A DNA stretch of 64,000 nucleotides from Candidatus Latescibacterota bacterium (lineage in GTDB: Bacteria > Latescibacterota > UBA2968). The stretch spans positions 1,824,001 through 1,888,000 of the forward strand of contig OZ242195.1 of the NCBI GenBank assembly GCA_965205975.1. Reading direction: 5' to 3'. The position numbers and the translations under genes are program-made. The notes under the pieces are model-generated. The model ran no database searches. It saw only the letters and a list, made by a program, of their open reading frames with translations, and was not told the DNA's origin. Positions 1 to 9,417 of this stretch are shown here, one piece after another. Positions within the stretch are counted from its first letter, which is position 1, and each line of letters begins with the position of its first letter.

Positions 1-115
1 TCACACAATATAAAACTAACCAGAGAATTAATCTTTTAATAGACCAGGGGAGTTGTAGTCGCTGAGTGCCATCAAATCCCAAATTATTATCTATATCTAT
101 TTTGCTATCTTTCAT
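1..115 (-). CDS. Partial ORF running off the window start (MKDSKIDIDNNLGFDGTQRLQLPWSIKRLILWLVLYCV...), possibly the N-terminus of the exporter partnering the HlyD protein
   Basis: ATG at 115 on minus strand, frame open to the window edge, co-directional and downstream of the HlyD gene; translated by hand. Confidence 0.4.
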   Translation of the reverse strand, partial: MKDSKIDIDNNLGFDGTQRLQLPWSIKRLILWLVLYCV

Positions 116-175
116 GTTCTTCTCGCATGTAAAAGGTGCAGCTCTCGAAGGCCATAATGAACTTGATTCGCGTCA

Positions 176-1447
176 CTATCTACCGCCTCTATCTTCCAAC
201 CCATAAATCTCCGGACGCCCAATTTTGCCCACGGTTTTCAAAAACTTCTTCCACAGCAAGCCAACGATAGGACCGCGCTTTGTCACGATCTTGGCTTCTA
301 TACCCATGCCATAAGCAAGCGGACATTCTTTCTCACCATTAGATAAATGCGGATCTATCACACTGATCTTCACCGGATAAACAGTGCTCATACCGCCTGG
401 AACGAGACCGGCACCTATGGGTGTAATAGGTTCGGGTTTTCTCGGCACGTCTGTCACCCTGCCCTCAAAAATCTTGTATTCCATGTGCGGGAAAGCATTC
501 ACATATATTCGCACCTTATGTCCCTCTTTCACCTTTGGGATATCCACTTCTTGAATCATCACCTCTGCTTGCCAACTGTGCAATTCGGCCAGTTCAATCA
601 CGGCTTCACCCGCCTCAATGCGGTCTCCTTCGCGTTTATCCAAATCGCGTGTCAACACCGTTCCAGAAACAGGTGCGTATATCTTCATCTGTTCCAGACG
701 GGTTTTGATAAGACGATGGCTGACCTCTAATTTTTTGTATGTCTGCTCCAGCATCTCGTGTTCCTGCTTGCGATTGTCCAGAGCAACCAACCGTCGTTTT
801 GCACGCTCAATTTCTACTTTTGCACCCTCTACCCGCGTCTGGTGTACCCGAATAGGGATCAACGTATCAACAGGTGGTCGCACACTCCCATCTTCGCGAT
901 AAGGCGCGTATTTGCGATAGATCTGGTATTCTTGCCGAACCTGTTCCAATTGCAACTGCGCGGTCTCATACGCCACTTCAGCCCGCGCTATCTCTGTCTC
1001 CAAAACAGCGCGCTCGCGTTGCAATTCTGCGACCAACGCCACACGCCGCCCCTGATTTATTCCCAGTTCATGTTCGAGTTGCTCCAATTCCGTGCGTAAA
1101 TCGGTATCGTCCAGAGTCAGCATCAAATCACCCTGTGCAATCTCTTGTCCGTGTTGCACATGAACCGTCTGGATCAAACCTGATCGCTGTGCTTTCACTT
1201 CATAACGCGCAGTAGGCTGCAAGCGACCTTGTCCTGCAACCGTAATTTCCATGCCCAAATGCCAGCCCAAAAGACAGATAAACGCGACCATACTCCCCAC
1301 AACGCACAAAATAGTGAGCAAGAAATAGCGCACAAACCGGAACCCAATTCCCGAAGTTGAGAGGGCTTCTCGCGTCTCCGTGTTTGCAAAATCTCCCTCT
1401 TTTTGGGGATAGCCATTGAATCGTACAACCTGTTCACTGTGTACCAT
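176..1447 (-). CDS. HlyD-family membrane fusion (periplasmic adaptor) protein
   Basis: N-terminal TM helix, barrel-sandwich hybrid motif (V..G..I.QGDLMLTLD), long coiled coil, IYAPVSGTV, beta-barrel C-terminus (GMGIEAKI). Confidence 0.9.
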   Translation of the reverse strand: MVHSEQVVRFNGYPQKEGDFANTETREALSTSGIGFRFVRYFLLTILCVVGSMVAFICLLGWHLGMEITVAGQGRLQPTARYEVKAQRSGLIQTVHVQHGQEIAQGDLMLTLDDTDLRTELEQLEHELGINQGRRVALVAELQRERAVLETEIARAEVAYETAQLQLEQVRQEYQIYRKYAPYREDGSVRPPVDTLIPIRVHQTRVEGAKVEIERAKRRLVALDNRKQEHEMLEQTYKKLEVSHRLIKTRLEQMKIYAPVSGTVLTRDLDKREGDRIEAGEAVIELAELHSWQAEVMIQEVDIPKVKEGHKVRIYVNAFPHMEYKIFEGRVTDVPRKPEPITPIGAGLVPGGMSTVYPVKISVIDPHLSNGEKECPLAYGMGIEAKIVTKRGPIVGLLWKKFLKTVGKIGRPEIYGLEDRGGR

Positions 1448-1503
1448 AACTCATTCAGCTCACTGTTGAAAGTGAATTTCGACCAGACAAATGAACATTC
1501 AAT

Positions 1504-2223
1504 TCAAACATCTTCCGAAAGCGTTTGAATTTCTCCGCGCATAACTTTTGTGCGGTACTCGGTAGGCGGCATTCCGTGTATGGTCTTGAAAGCCTCGCGC
1601 AAACGATTTGGTGAAAGAAACCCGCACGCACTTGCAATTTCATAGACGAATACTGAAGGTTCTTTTATCAAATGCTGTGCCCGTGAAACCCTTATCTCTC
1701 GCAATTTTTCTGAGAACGTCTTGCCCACATGTTTTTTGAACAATTTGCAACCGTGCGATCTGGAAAATCCGAAATGGGCCATGAGGTCATCAAAGCTCAG
1801 CCCTGGGTCGCTGTAATGCGCCTCCAAAAACGACTCCAGACTCCTTTTTATCCAATCTTGTGATGGCATGCACTTCTTGACCTTTGCCAAAAATTTATCC
1901 TTGCGGATCGGTTTATCCAGCACGCCTACAGCACCCAGCTTGAGCATCCTTTCCATTAATTCCAGGCGTTCCATCCCGCCCATGATCAGGACAGGTGTTT
2001 GAATTTCCTCTACCTTTAGACAAGTCAAAAGAGATATCGCATCGAGGTCTCTTATATCTTTGTCAACCACAGCGAGATCAATCTTCTCACGTCTCAAAGT
2101 TTTAAACCCTGCTACGCCATCTCTCGCTGTGAATACGTCGTAAAGTTCATCATTCAAGTATTCACAAAGAGTCGATATAACGCAGCTATCGCGATCTACA
2201 ATTAAAACTTTCTTCGCATTCAT
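1504..2223 (-). CDS. Response regulator (REC) fused to AraC-type HTH
   Basis: KVLIVD...DLAVVD...KP receiver motifs; C-terminal IASACGF...FKTIHGMPPTEYR AraC signature. Confidence 0.9.
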   Translation of the reverse strand: MNAKKVLIVDRDSCVISTLCEYLNDELYDVFTARDGVAGFKTLRREKIDLAVVDKDIRDLDAISLLTCLKVEEIQTPVLIMGGMERLELMERMLKLGAVGVLDKPIRKDKFLAKVKKCMPSQDWIKRSLESFLEAHYSDPGLSFDDLMAHFGFSRSHGCKLFKKHVGKTFSEKLREIRVSRAQHLIKEPSVFVYEIASACGFLSPNRLREAFKTIHGMPPTEYRTKVMRGEIQTLSEDV

Positions 2224-2292
2224 ATTTTCCCCATACGCTAAAAATTTCTACAACCATATTCAAAACATGCTCTTTGCACGAAAACAGATATA

Positions 2293-2308
2293 TGCAACCT
2301 GTGTGCCA
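2293..2308 (-). promoter_or_regulatory. sigma54 (RpoN) -24/-12 promoter upstream of REC-AraC/HlyD
   Basis: Minus strand reads TGGCAC-acagg-TTGCA, matching TGGCAC-N5-TTGC, about 70 bp upstream of the 2223 start. Confidence 0.75.
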
Positions 2309-2508
2309 ATTTAAATTTTTCAAGCAATAATACATGTAACCTATTATCTTTACTTCATATAGAGTTATTACCGCACAAAATCCAGACCGAATATCAAATT
2401 AAAAAGTGAAAATATTGTTCACTTATTCCCGATCAATTGAACATTACTTGCACCTTATGCGCTTTAATTCGCATTGACAATCACCCTTTGGGTCGCTACC
2501 TTAGTTTA

Positions 2509-2584
2509 GTCTTCTCAAGACCTATCTTGAGATACTCACCGCCGCTGACAGATGACTTGCCACGGTCTTGTCGGCGGCTCTTTT
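2509..2584 (+). ncRNA. Candidate small structured RNA
   Basis: TTGACA(2474-79)-17 bp-TACCTT promoter, hairpin tctcaaga/tcttgaga, long hairpin gccgctgacaga/tcttgtcggcggc, then tctttt. Confidence 0.35.
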
Positions 2585-2688
2585 ATGATAATACTGTCAC
2601 ACCTGAAATTTCAACACAAAAAGTCCCCGCGTATTTGTGATTTCCACCGCGTATTTCTGTTTTTTTTATTGTTTTTGAGATTAAGCAT

Positions 2689-2722
2689 AAAAAAACTGTG
2701 AATGGACTTCCCATTCACAGTT
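2689..2722 (-). terminator. Intrinsic terminator for the ABC exporter pair
   Basis: Perfect 12-bp stem aactgtgaatgg/ccattcacagtt, 5-nt loop, T-run on minus strand. Confidence 0.75.
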
Positions 2723-2733
2723 CGCAAAAATAT

Positions 2734-2828
2734 GGGGCGGGCACGGGGCACCGCCCTTACGCAGGCCTGCGCTACATCTATCTATATCTCGCCTTTCATC
2801 TGCGTCTATCTGCGTCCATCTGCGGATG
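2734..2828 (-). repeat. CGCAGAT triple repeat followed by GTAG/GTAA-type REP-like palindromes
   Basis: Minus strand: atccgcagatggacgcagatagacgcagatgaaagg... then gtagcgcaggcctgc and gtaagggcggtgccccgtgcccgcccc; same composite seen at 37196-37257. Confidence 0.8.
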
Positions 2829-4775
2829 CCCTTGTAATTGCTTCTTTCCCTTTTCAACCTCTTCCACCGCCGTCATAATCCCATCAATAAATTCATCTGC
2901 TATATCGTCTTTCTGCTTTTGCTGCTGTTCGTAAAGCAAGCGATAGACCTCGCACTCTTCCAGCAAATCGTCGTGGCCTCCCCAGCCCGCCATGCGACCG
3001 TTGTCCAGCACCAGAATGCGATCCGCCCGCATCGCCGTAGAAATTCTGTGCGTAATCACAAAAGTCGTGCGCCCCTCCATCAAATGATCCAGCGTCTCTT
3101 GAATCTTCGCCTCCGTCTTTGCATCCAGTGCTGAAGTCGTATCGTCCAAAATCAGAATACTGGGATCGGTGACAACAGCCATCGCAAAAGCCAAACGCTG
3201 TTTTTGACCGCCCGATAAATTGGTACCGCGCTCCTCGACCGGCGCTTCGTATTTCTCTGGCAGCGTCATAATAAAATCGTGCAACTCCGCCGCTTTAGCC
3301 GCATCCATCACCTGTTCGGGCGTGGTATAGGGCTGACCGTAGCGAATATTATCGGCAATCGTCCCGGAAAAAAGAACGGGTTCCTGGGGCACCATACTGA
3401 TGTGCTGTCGCAGTGAAGAAATTTTGACATCTTGTATATCGTAATCGTCCAGAATAATTCTCCCCTCTGTGGGTTCATAAAGACGCATCAACAAACTCAC
3501 CAGCGTACTCTTCCCCGAACCCGAAGGCCCAACCACGGCCACCGAAGTGCCTGGCCGCACGACAAACTTGAGATCTCGAAGAACGTAATCGCCCGCATCT
3601 GTATAGCGAAACGACACATTGCGAAACGACACCCGCCCGCGCACTTTGTCGAGGGTCTTCGCATCTTCCCTATCCTGAATAATCACCTCTTCATCCAGCA
3701 CCTCAAACACGCGACTGATCACCACCAGCATCTGTTGCAACGTAGCATTCACATTGGCAAGAGCAACCAGTGGCGAAAAGAGATTCCCCATCGACATAGA
3801 AAAATAAACCAATTCCCCAACCGTCATCACACCGCCGCGAACCTGTAATGCGCCATAATAAAAGATCAGACCCATTGCAACCCCCCCCACAACCGAACAG
3901 ACTGACCCCAGACCAGAACTCAAAACAGACTGTTTGACGCCCAAACGATACAACCCGATCAGCCGCCTGAAAAAGTCCCGAAACTCCCGTCTTTCTCGCG
4001 CATAAGACAGGATGAGACGAATCCCCTTTGAGCGTTCTTCCAACAGCGCAGAAACCTCGCTATAATCCTCTCGAAACCGCATAAAAACATTTGCTATCGG
4101 ACGCTGAAACACCTTATAAGTCACGACATACGCGGGCAATGCAACAAAAGCCATCAGCGCGAGCTTGACATCAATCGTAAACAGAATCGCCGTACCCATC
4201 AAAATGCGCGCAACATGCCGCAGCGTCTCTACAAAAGTCGTCGTAATTTCGCTCTGCAATAACCCCACATCATCCAAAATGCGCGCCATAATCCGCCCGG
4301 TTTGCTGGCGATCAAAAAACGTCATCTGCAACTGCTGCACTTTCTCGTGCAGCGCAAGGCGGATGCGGAAAACAATCCGCTGCCCCACATAGGAGATGTT
4401 ATAGGTATAAAACCAGTTGAGTGTGGCAAAAAACGATCTCACGACCAGATAGAGAATGAAAATCCACCCCAACCATGCCAGTTTTTCCGTGCGCGTTTTG
4501 GGCAGCATTATCCCGCCTTCTTTGCCCAGCCCCGGAATCGTCGCCTGTGGATCGCGCTTTGGGCGCCTCTCCTCCTGAATCAAAGACTGCATGTGGGCTT
4601 CTGAAACGACTTCACCCGCGGGCTTGAGTTGCAAGACCTCATCAACCGTAATTTTTGAAATAAACCCGAGCAAAAACGTATAGGACGACGTAATAGTGGC
4701 CATCGCAATGACCATCAACATGCGCCCCCAATACGGCTTGATATATAAAATGATAAATCGCTTTAAGTTTTCCAT
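2796..4775 (-). CDS. ABC exporter, fused TMD-NBD (MsbA/Sav1866-like)
   Basis: Walker A GPSGSGKS, signature LSGGQKQ, Walker B ILILDD; start reassigned to MENLKR at 4775 after RBS gagg. Confidence 0.92.
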   Translation of the reverse strand: MENLKRFIILYIKPYWGRMLMVIAMATITSSYTFLLGFISKITVDEVLQLKPAGEVVSEAHMQSLIQEERRPKRDPQATIPGLGKEGGIMLPKTRTEKLAWLGWIFILYLVVRSFFATLNWFYTYNISYVGQRIVFRIRLALHEKVQQLQMTFFDRQQTGRIMARILDDVGLLQSEITTTFVETLRHVARILMGTAILFTIDVKLALMAFVALPAYVVTYKVFQRPIANVFMRFREDYSEVSALLEERSKGIRLILSYARERREFRDFFRRLIGLYRLGVKQSVLSSGLGSVCSVVGGVAMGLIFYYGALQVRGGVMTVGELVYFSMSMGNLFSPLVALANVNATLQQMLVVISRVFEVLDEEVIIQDREDAKTLDKVRGRVSFRNVSFRYTDAGDYVLRDLKFVVRPGTSVAVVGPSGSGKSTLVSLLMRLYEPTEGRIILDDYDIQDVKISSLRQHISMVPQEPVLFSGTIADNIRYGQPYTTPEQVMDAAKAAELHDFIMTLPEKYEAPVEERGTNLSGGQKQRLAFAMAVVTDPSILILDDTTSALDAKTEAKIQETLDHLMEGRTTFVITHRISTAMRADRILVLDNGRMAGWGGHDDLLEECEVYRLLYEQQQKQKDDIADEFIDGIMTAVEEVEKGKKQLQGHPQMDADRRR

Positions 4776-4779
4776 AACC

Positions 4780-6555
4780 TCAACTCGCCATCGCCTCCAC
4801 AGCCTCTTCAATAGAACCCGCGGCCTGCTGTTCGTAAAGCTGGCGATACTTTCCATCGGGTATTTGCAACAACTCGCTGTGCGTCCCCTGCTCAATAATC
4901 TCGCCGTGATCCATCATAACAATAATATCCGCATTGACAATCGTCGATAATCGGTGTGCAATGGCAAAGGACGTGCGCTCCTTTAACACCCTGGTCATCG
5001 CCTTTTGTATCAAAGCTTCCGATAGGGAATCGAGTGACGAAGTCGCTTCATCGAGAATTAAAACCGACGGATTGGTCAGCACGGCTCTCGCAATGGCGAG
5101 GCGCTGTTTTTCTCCCACAGACAGTTTAATCCCATCTTTCCCCAGCATCGAATCGTAACCCTCGGGCGTACGCATAATAAATTCGTGAATCTCGGCAATA
5201 CGCGCCGCCTCAATCAACTCGGCATCTGTGGCATCTGCGCGGCCATATAGCAAATTTTCTCGAATCGTCCCATCAAACATCACCGAATCTTGCAACACCT
5301 GTCCAATTTGCGTGCGCAAGGTGCGCAACTTCACATCTCTCAAATCGTGACCATCAATTGTAATACGCCCGTCCTTAACATCGTAAAAGCGCATCAACAA
5401 ACTCGTCAAAGTCGTCTTTCCGCATCCCGTATGCCCCACCAGCGCCACCATCTGCCCCGGCTGCACCTCGAGATTGATCCCCTTCAAAACAGGCTCACCC
5501 TCTTTGTACTCAAAATGTACATCTTCAAATTTAATATGTCCTTTTATCGGCGGCAGTTCAACGGCATCTTCCTTATCCTTAATCTCTATGGGAAAATCTA
5601 AAATTTCCAAAACGCGATCCACAGACACCATCACGGCTTGAAGGCGCATGGCAATTTGCGTGAGATTGAGAACAGGCTGAAACATCCGACTTGAATAAGA
5701 AAAAAAGGCCATCACAGCCCCATAAGTCATTTCACCCTCAATCACGTAATAACAGCCCAAACAAAAAATCACCGTATTGCGAAGTCCCGACACCCCCCAG
5801 GAGCCAGCCATATAGCCAGCGCGATTTGTGGCAGTCTGCATCGCCGCATCCAAACTCTGGTGCGTATCTTCCGCAAATGCGCGGTGTTCTCTGCGCTCTC
5901 GTCCATAAGATTTTACGAGTTGCACCCCGGACAACCGCTCTTGTAGTCCAACCGACACCTGATCCATTTTTCTACGCCAGAGACTGTACGACTCCCTCAT
6001 TGGCGTGCGCCACCCGTAATAATTAAAAAAATACAGGGGCATCAACAAAAGCAGCAGACACGCCATCTTCCAATTCAAGCCCATGCACAGCGCAAGCGCC
6101 ACCCAGAACGACACAAAATCGACAAGAATGCCCAGCATACGCGATGTCACCATACTGCGCACACTCGCAATATCAGACATAATGCGCGACATAATTTTGC
6201 CCGTACCCATCTCGTCGTAAAAGCGCATGGGCAATCTCAACATGTGCTCATACGTAAACTTTCGCATACTCGTCGTTATCCCCCACCCCACATAGGCATT
6301 GGTAAATGAGACCCAAACGCGCATCGCAGCGGACATGATAGGCAGGCAAATCGAAATAAACAGAAGCACTTCCAGCAACTGCCAGTTGCCCAGGGTAATG
6401 ACATCATCAATGATAAACTTCATCACCAGAGGAGGCAACATGCTCAGTGCCGTCATTGTCGCCGTCAGGCACACCAGCAAAATCAGGCGCGATTTAAAAG
6501 GCGTGACAAAATGCGCGAGCTTGCGCAGCTTGTCAGTATTGCTCTCATCTGCCAT
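4780..6555 (-). CDS. ABC exporter, fused TMD-NBD (likely heterodimer partner of 2796-4775)
   Basis: Walker A GHTGCGKT, degenerate signature LSVGEKQ, Walker B VLILDEATS, H-loop IAHRLST. Confidence 0.93.
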   Translation of the reverse strand: MADESNTDKLRKLAHFVTPFKSRLILLVCLTATMTALSMLPPLVMKFIIDDVITLGNWQLLEVLLFISICLPIMSAAMRVWVSFTNAYVGWGITTSMRKFTYEHMLRLPMRFYDEMGTGKIMSRIMSDIASVRSMVTSRMLGILVDFVSFWVALALCMGLNWKMACLLLLLMPLYFFNYYGWRTPMRESYSLWRRKMDQVSVGLQERLSGVQLVKSYGRERREHRAFAEDTHQSLDAAMQTATNRAGYMAGSWGVSGLRNTVIFCLGCYYVIEGEMTYGAVMAFFSYSSRMFQPVLNLTQIAMRLQAVMVSVDRVLEILDFPIEIKDKEDAVELPPIKGHIKFEDVHFEYKEGEPVLKGINLEVQPGQMVALVGHTGCGKTTLTSLLMRFYDVKDGRITIDGHDLRDVKLRTLRTQIGQVLQDSVMFDGTIRENLLYGRADATDAELIEAARIAEIHEFIMRTPEGYDSMLGKDGIKLSVGEKQRLAIARAVLTNPSVLILDEATSSLDSLSEALIQKAMTRVLKERTSFAIAHRLSTIVNADIIVMMDHGEIIEQGTHSELLQIPDGKYRQLYEQQAAGSIEEAVEAMAS

Positions 6556-6730
6556 ATCGATCTCATCTCAAAAATAAGTTGCAGATTTTTGGATCTCGAC
6601 GCTTCTTTATTTAGATAGCTTTGGGTAAACATAAATAATATTTAAGAACAGATATAAAAATATAAAGATACCTTTTAATTTAATCAAGCCCATCTCATCC
6701 GATGACGCATCTTCTACCACTGGTTGAGCT

Positions 6731-8014
6731 ATGAAAAATCTCGCAACAATGACCATCGCGCAAATTCGCGCCCACATCAAATCTATCAATCGCCCTGGCG
6801 AAGCATACCTCCGCGCACTCGAGCAGGACCCTCGTGCTGGTGTTCGCGCAATCGCAGAACAGGTGAGAAAAAAGCAAAAAGCACAGGCACGTGAAAAAGC
6901 GCGCCTCGAACAAATGCTCACCATAGAAAAAAAACTCAGAGAACGGGGCATCCAGCACATTGCAGGCGTAGATGAAGCCGGACGAGGTCCCCTCGCGGGT
7001 CCCGTTGTCGCCGCCGCGGTTATCCTCCCGCCAGATACACTCATCCCCGGCTTGAACGATTCCAAAGCACTATCCGAAAAACGCAGAGCAGAACTTTTTG
7101 AAACCATTCACAATACAGCCCTTGCCATTGGTGTAGGCAAAGCATCTCCACAGGAAATAGACAAATACAACATCCGCAACGCCACCCACCATGCCATGTG
7201 CGAGGCACTCGCCGCCCTCAACATCTCGCCCGACCGCGTGCTCATCGACGGCAATGCCCTCCCGGGTAGTCCATTTCCCGAACAAGCGGTCATAGGCGGT
7301 GACCGGAAGTCGCTTTCTATAGCCGCCGCGTCTGTCATCGCCAAAGTAACGCGCGATCGTCTGATGATCGATTACCACGCGCAATACCCCGCTTACGGCT
7401 TTGCCGGTCACAAGGGATATGGTAGCGCCGATCACCTCGCCGCCTTGCAAAAACACGGGCCCTGTCCCATCCACCGCCAATCTTTCCGGGGTGTCTTTGA
7501 AGCCAGGAGTTCTGAAGACTTTAAAATTTTTGCCGAAGGCATTCGCGCAGCGATGAACCTCGACCAACTTCAAGCCATAGGAAAAACCATTGCCAGTGCC
7601 AGCAAACATATCCCACAGGATGAGGTACAGGCCCTGCGCATACTATTTCGCAAACAACGCACCCGCCTGCAACAATCCGGTCCCAAAGGCGAACAATTGG
7701 CAGAAAAATTTATAGAACAAAAGGGATACGAAATCCGCGCGCGCGGATTTCGCGCCCTGGGCGGTGAAATCGACCTCATTGCGATGAAAAACGACGTGCT
7801 GATCTTTGTCGAAGTCAAAACCGCGACCACGCCACATTTTGGACAACCAGAGACCCGGGTAACACCAGCCAAACAGGCGCAAATCATCAAAATCGCAAAA
7901 GCCTACCTGAGACAACACCCCGATCACGCAGCACCGCGATTTGACGTCATTGCCGTTGACCTGACACAACCGCGCCCTACCATCCGCCACTACGAAAACG
8001 CTTTTACAGCTTAG
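6731..8014 (+). CDS. rnhB: Ribonuclease HII fused to C-terminal YraN (UPF0102) nuclease-like domain
   Basis: AGVDEAGRGPLAGPV, LNDSK, SIAAASVIAKVTRD, HKGYG; C-terminal GEQLA...GEIDLIA...FVEVK...RFDVIAV. Confidence 0.93.
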   Translation: MKNLATMTIAQIRAHIKSINRPGEAYLRALEQDPRAGVRAIAEQVRKKQKAQAREKARLEQMLTIEKKLRERGIQHIAGVDEAGRGPLAGPVVAAAVILPPDTLIPGLNDSKALSEKRRAELFETIHNTALAIGVGKASPQEIDKYNIRNATHHAMCEALAALNISPDRVLIDGNALPGSPFPEQAVIGGDRKSLSIAAASVIAKVTRDRLMIDYHAQYPAYGFAGHKGYGSADHLAALQKHGPCPIHRQSFRGVFEARSSEDFKIFAEGIRAAMNLDQLQAIGKTIASASKHIPQDEVQALRILFRKQRTRLQQSGPKGEQLAEKFIEQKGYEIRARGFRALGGEIDLIAMKNDVLIFVEVKTATTPHFGQPETRVTPAKQAQIIKIAKAYLRQHPDHAAPRFDVIAVDLTQPRPTIRHYENAFTA

Positions 8015-8115
8015 ACCAGTACCCAAATTTCTCCTCTTAAACCTTGACAATACCACCTCTTACCTTTATTTTCGTTTTTTCTTATAAAAAAATAATCTGC
8101 AACGGATATACACCC

Positions 8116-9408
8116 ATGCCCCAGTTAATTCCCAAGGTAAAAGGCACCCGAGATTTTTATCCCGAAGATTGGGCCTACCAGAAGTGGCTCTGCGAGAAAT
8201 TTATCGGCGTTGGCAATCTCTTTGGATATAGAGAATACGAAAGCACAATACTCGAATATATGGCCCTTTACCTGGGCAAAAGCAGCGAAGAAATCGTCAC
8301 ACAGCAGACATTCACGCTATCTGATCGAGACGATAAACAACTCGTCATGCGCCCAGAACTCACCCCCACACTCGCGCGCATGGTCGCCCAAAAAGAAGGC
8401 GAACTCACCTTCCCCATTCGCTGGCAATCATACGGCCGGTTCTTTCGCTATGAGCGTCCTCAACGCGGGCGCGGGCGTTCCTTTTTTCAATGGAATATCG
8501 ACGCCCTCGGCAGCGATAGCTATCTGGCTGATGCCGAAATAATCACCATAGCTTGCACGCTATTCAAACACCTCGGTCTCAGTAACGAACACGCCACTAT
8601 TAGAATCAATGACCGACAGGCCCTTGAAATTTTAATTGCCAAAAAACTGACCTTATCGCCCGAGGATATCAAACCCGTTTTTGGGGCCATTGACCGCATA
8701 GACAAAATTCCCGAGGAAAAATTCCGCACCTATCTGGCCAATGACCTGAATCTCAGTGCAGGTCAAATTGACGCCCTCTACGAAATCCTCCACACGACAG
8801 ACCTGACATTTTCTCCCTGGCTTCAGCACATTTTTGAGCAACTCGACCAAAATGGTGTTATAGACCTCGTAGAACTCGACCTCAAAATCGTACGAGGTTT
8901 TGACTATTATACGCGTACGGTATTTGAAGCCTGGGCCAAAACCTCGCTGCGCCGCGCCCTCTTTGGAGGTGGTCGTTACGACAATCTCACACGTCAAGTA
9001 GGCGGGAAGCGCCAGGTACCTGGCGTGGGATTTGCAGTTGGCGATATGGCCATCACCGAATTACTCAAAGAAATAGACGCTTATCCCCAACTCGAAATGC
9101 CCGGTGCCCGCGTATTCGTTACAGTATTCTCCGAAGACCTTCTCGCCCAATCGTCTTCTTTTGCCGAAAAACTGCGCCAAGAGGGTATCGCAACAGAACT
9201 GCATCTCATTCCTGGACAGCGTCTCGACAGACAATTCAAATATGCAGATCGCCAAAATATTCCCTTTGCAGCGGTTATTGGACCAGACGAGGCATCTGCA
9301 AATACCATCGTAATCAAAGACCTCAAAGCGCGCGCGCAACAAATTTTTTCACAAAACGACCTGTGCGCGATAAAAACAACGCTTAAAAACGGAATTACCC
9401 AAGCGTAG
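8116..9408 (+). CDS. hisS: Histidine--tRNA ligase
   Basis: KGTRDF, RPELTP, FRYERPQRGR, VRGFDYYT, GGGRYD; start at MPQLIP. Confidence 0.97.
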   Translation: MPQLIPKVKGTRDFYPEDWAYQKWLCEKFIGVGNLFGYREYESTILEYMALYLGKSSEEIVTQQTFTLSDRDDKQLVMRPELTPTLARMVAQKEGELTFPIRWQSYGRFFRYERPQRGRGRSFFQWNIDALGSDSYLADAEIITIACTLFKHLGLSNEHATIRINDRQALEILIAKKLTLSPEDIKPVFGAIDRIDKIPEEKFRTYLANDLNLSAGQIDALYEILHTTDLTFSPWLQHIFEQLDQNGVIDLVELDLKIVRGFDYYTRTVFEAWAKTSLRRALFGGGRYDNLTRQVGGKRQVPGVGFAVGDMAITELLKEIDAYPQLEMPGARVFVTVFSEDLLAQSSSFAEKLRQEGIATELHLIPGQRLDRQFKYADRQNIPFAAVIGPDEASANTIVIKDLKARAQQIFSQNDLCAIKTTLKNGITQA

Positions 9409-9417
9409 GAGACAGCC

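Noticed and set aside
4776..4895. N-terminal 40 aa of the 699-aa ABC ORF
   Set aside because: Overlaps the upstream ABC gene; the better start with RBS is at 4775. Similar extensions were trimmed for hisS, ybeY, TetR, the half-hsdS, the binding protein and the permease.
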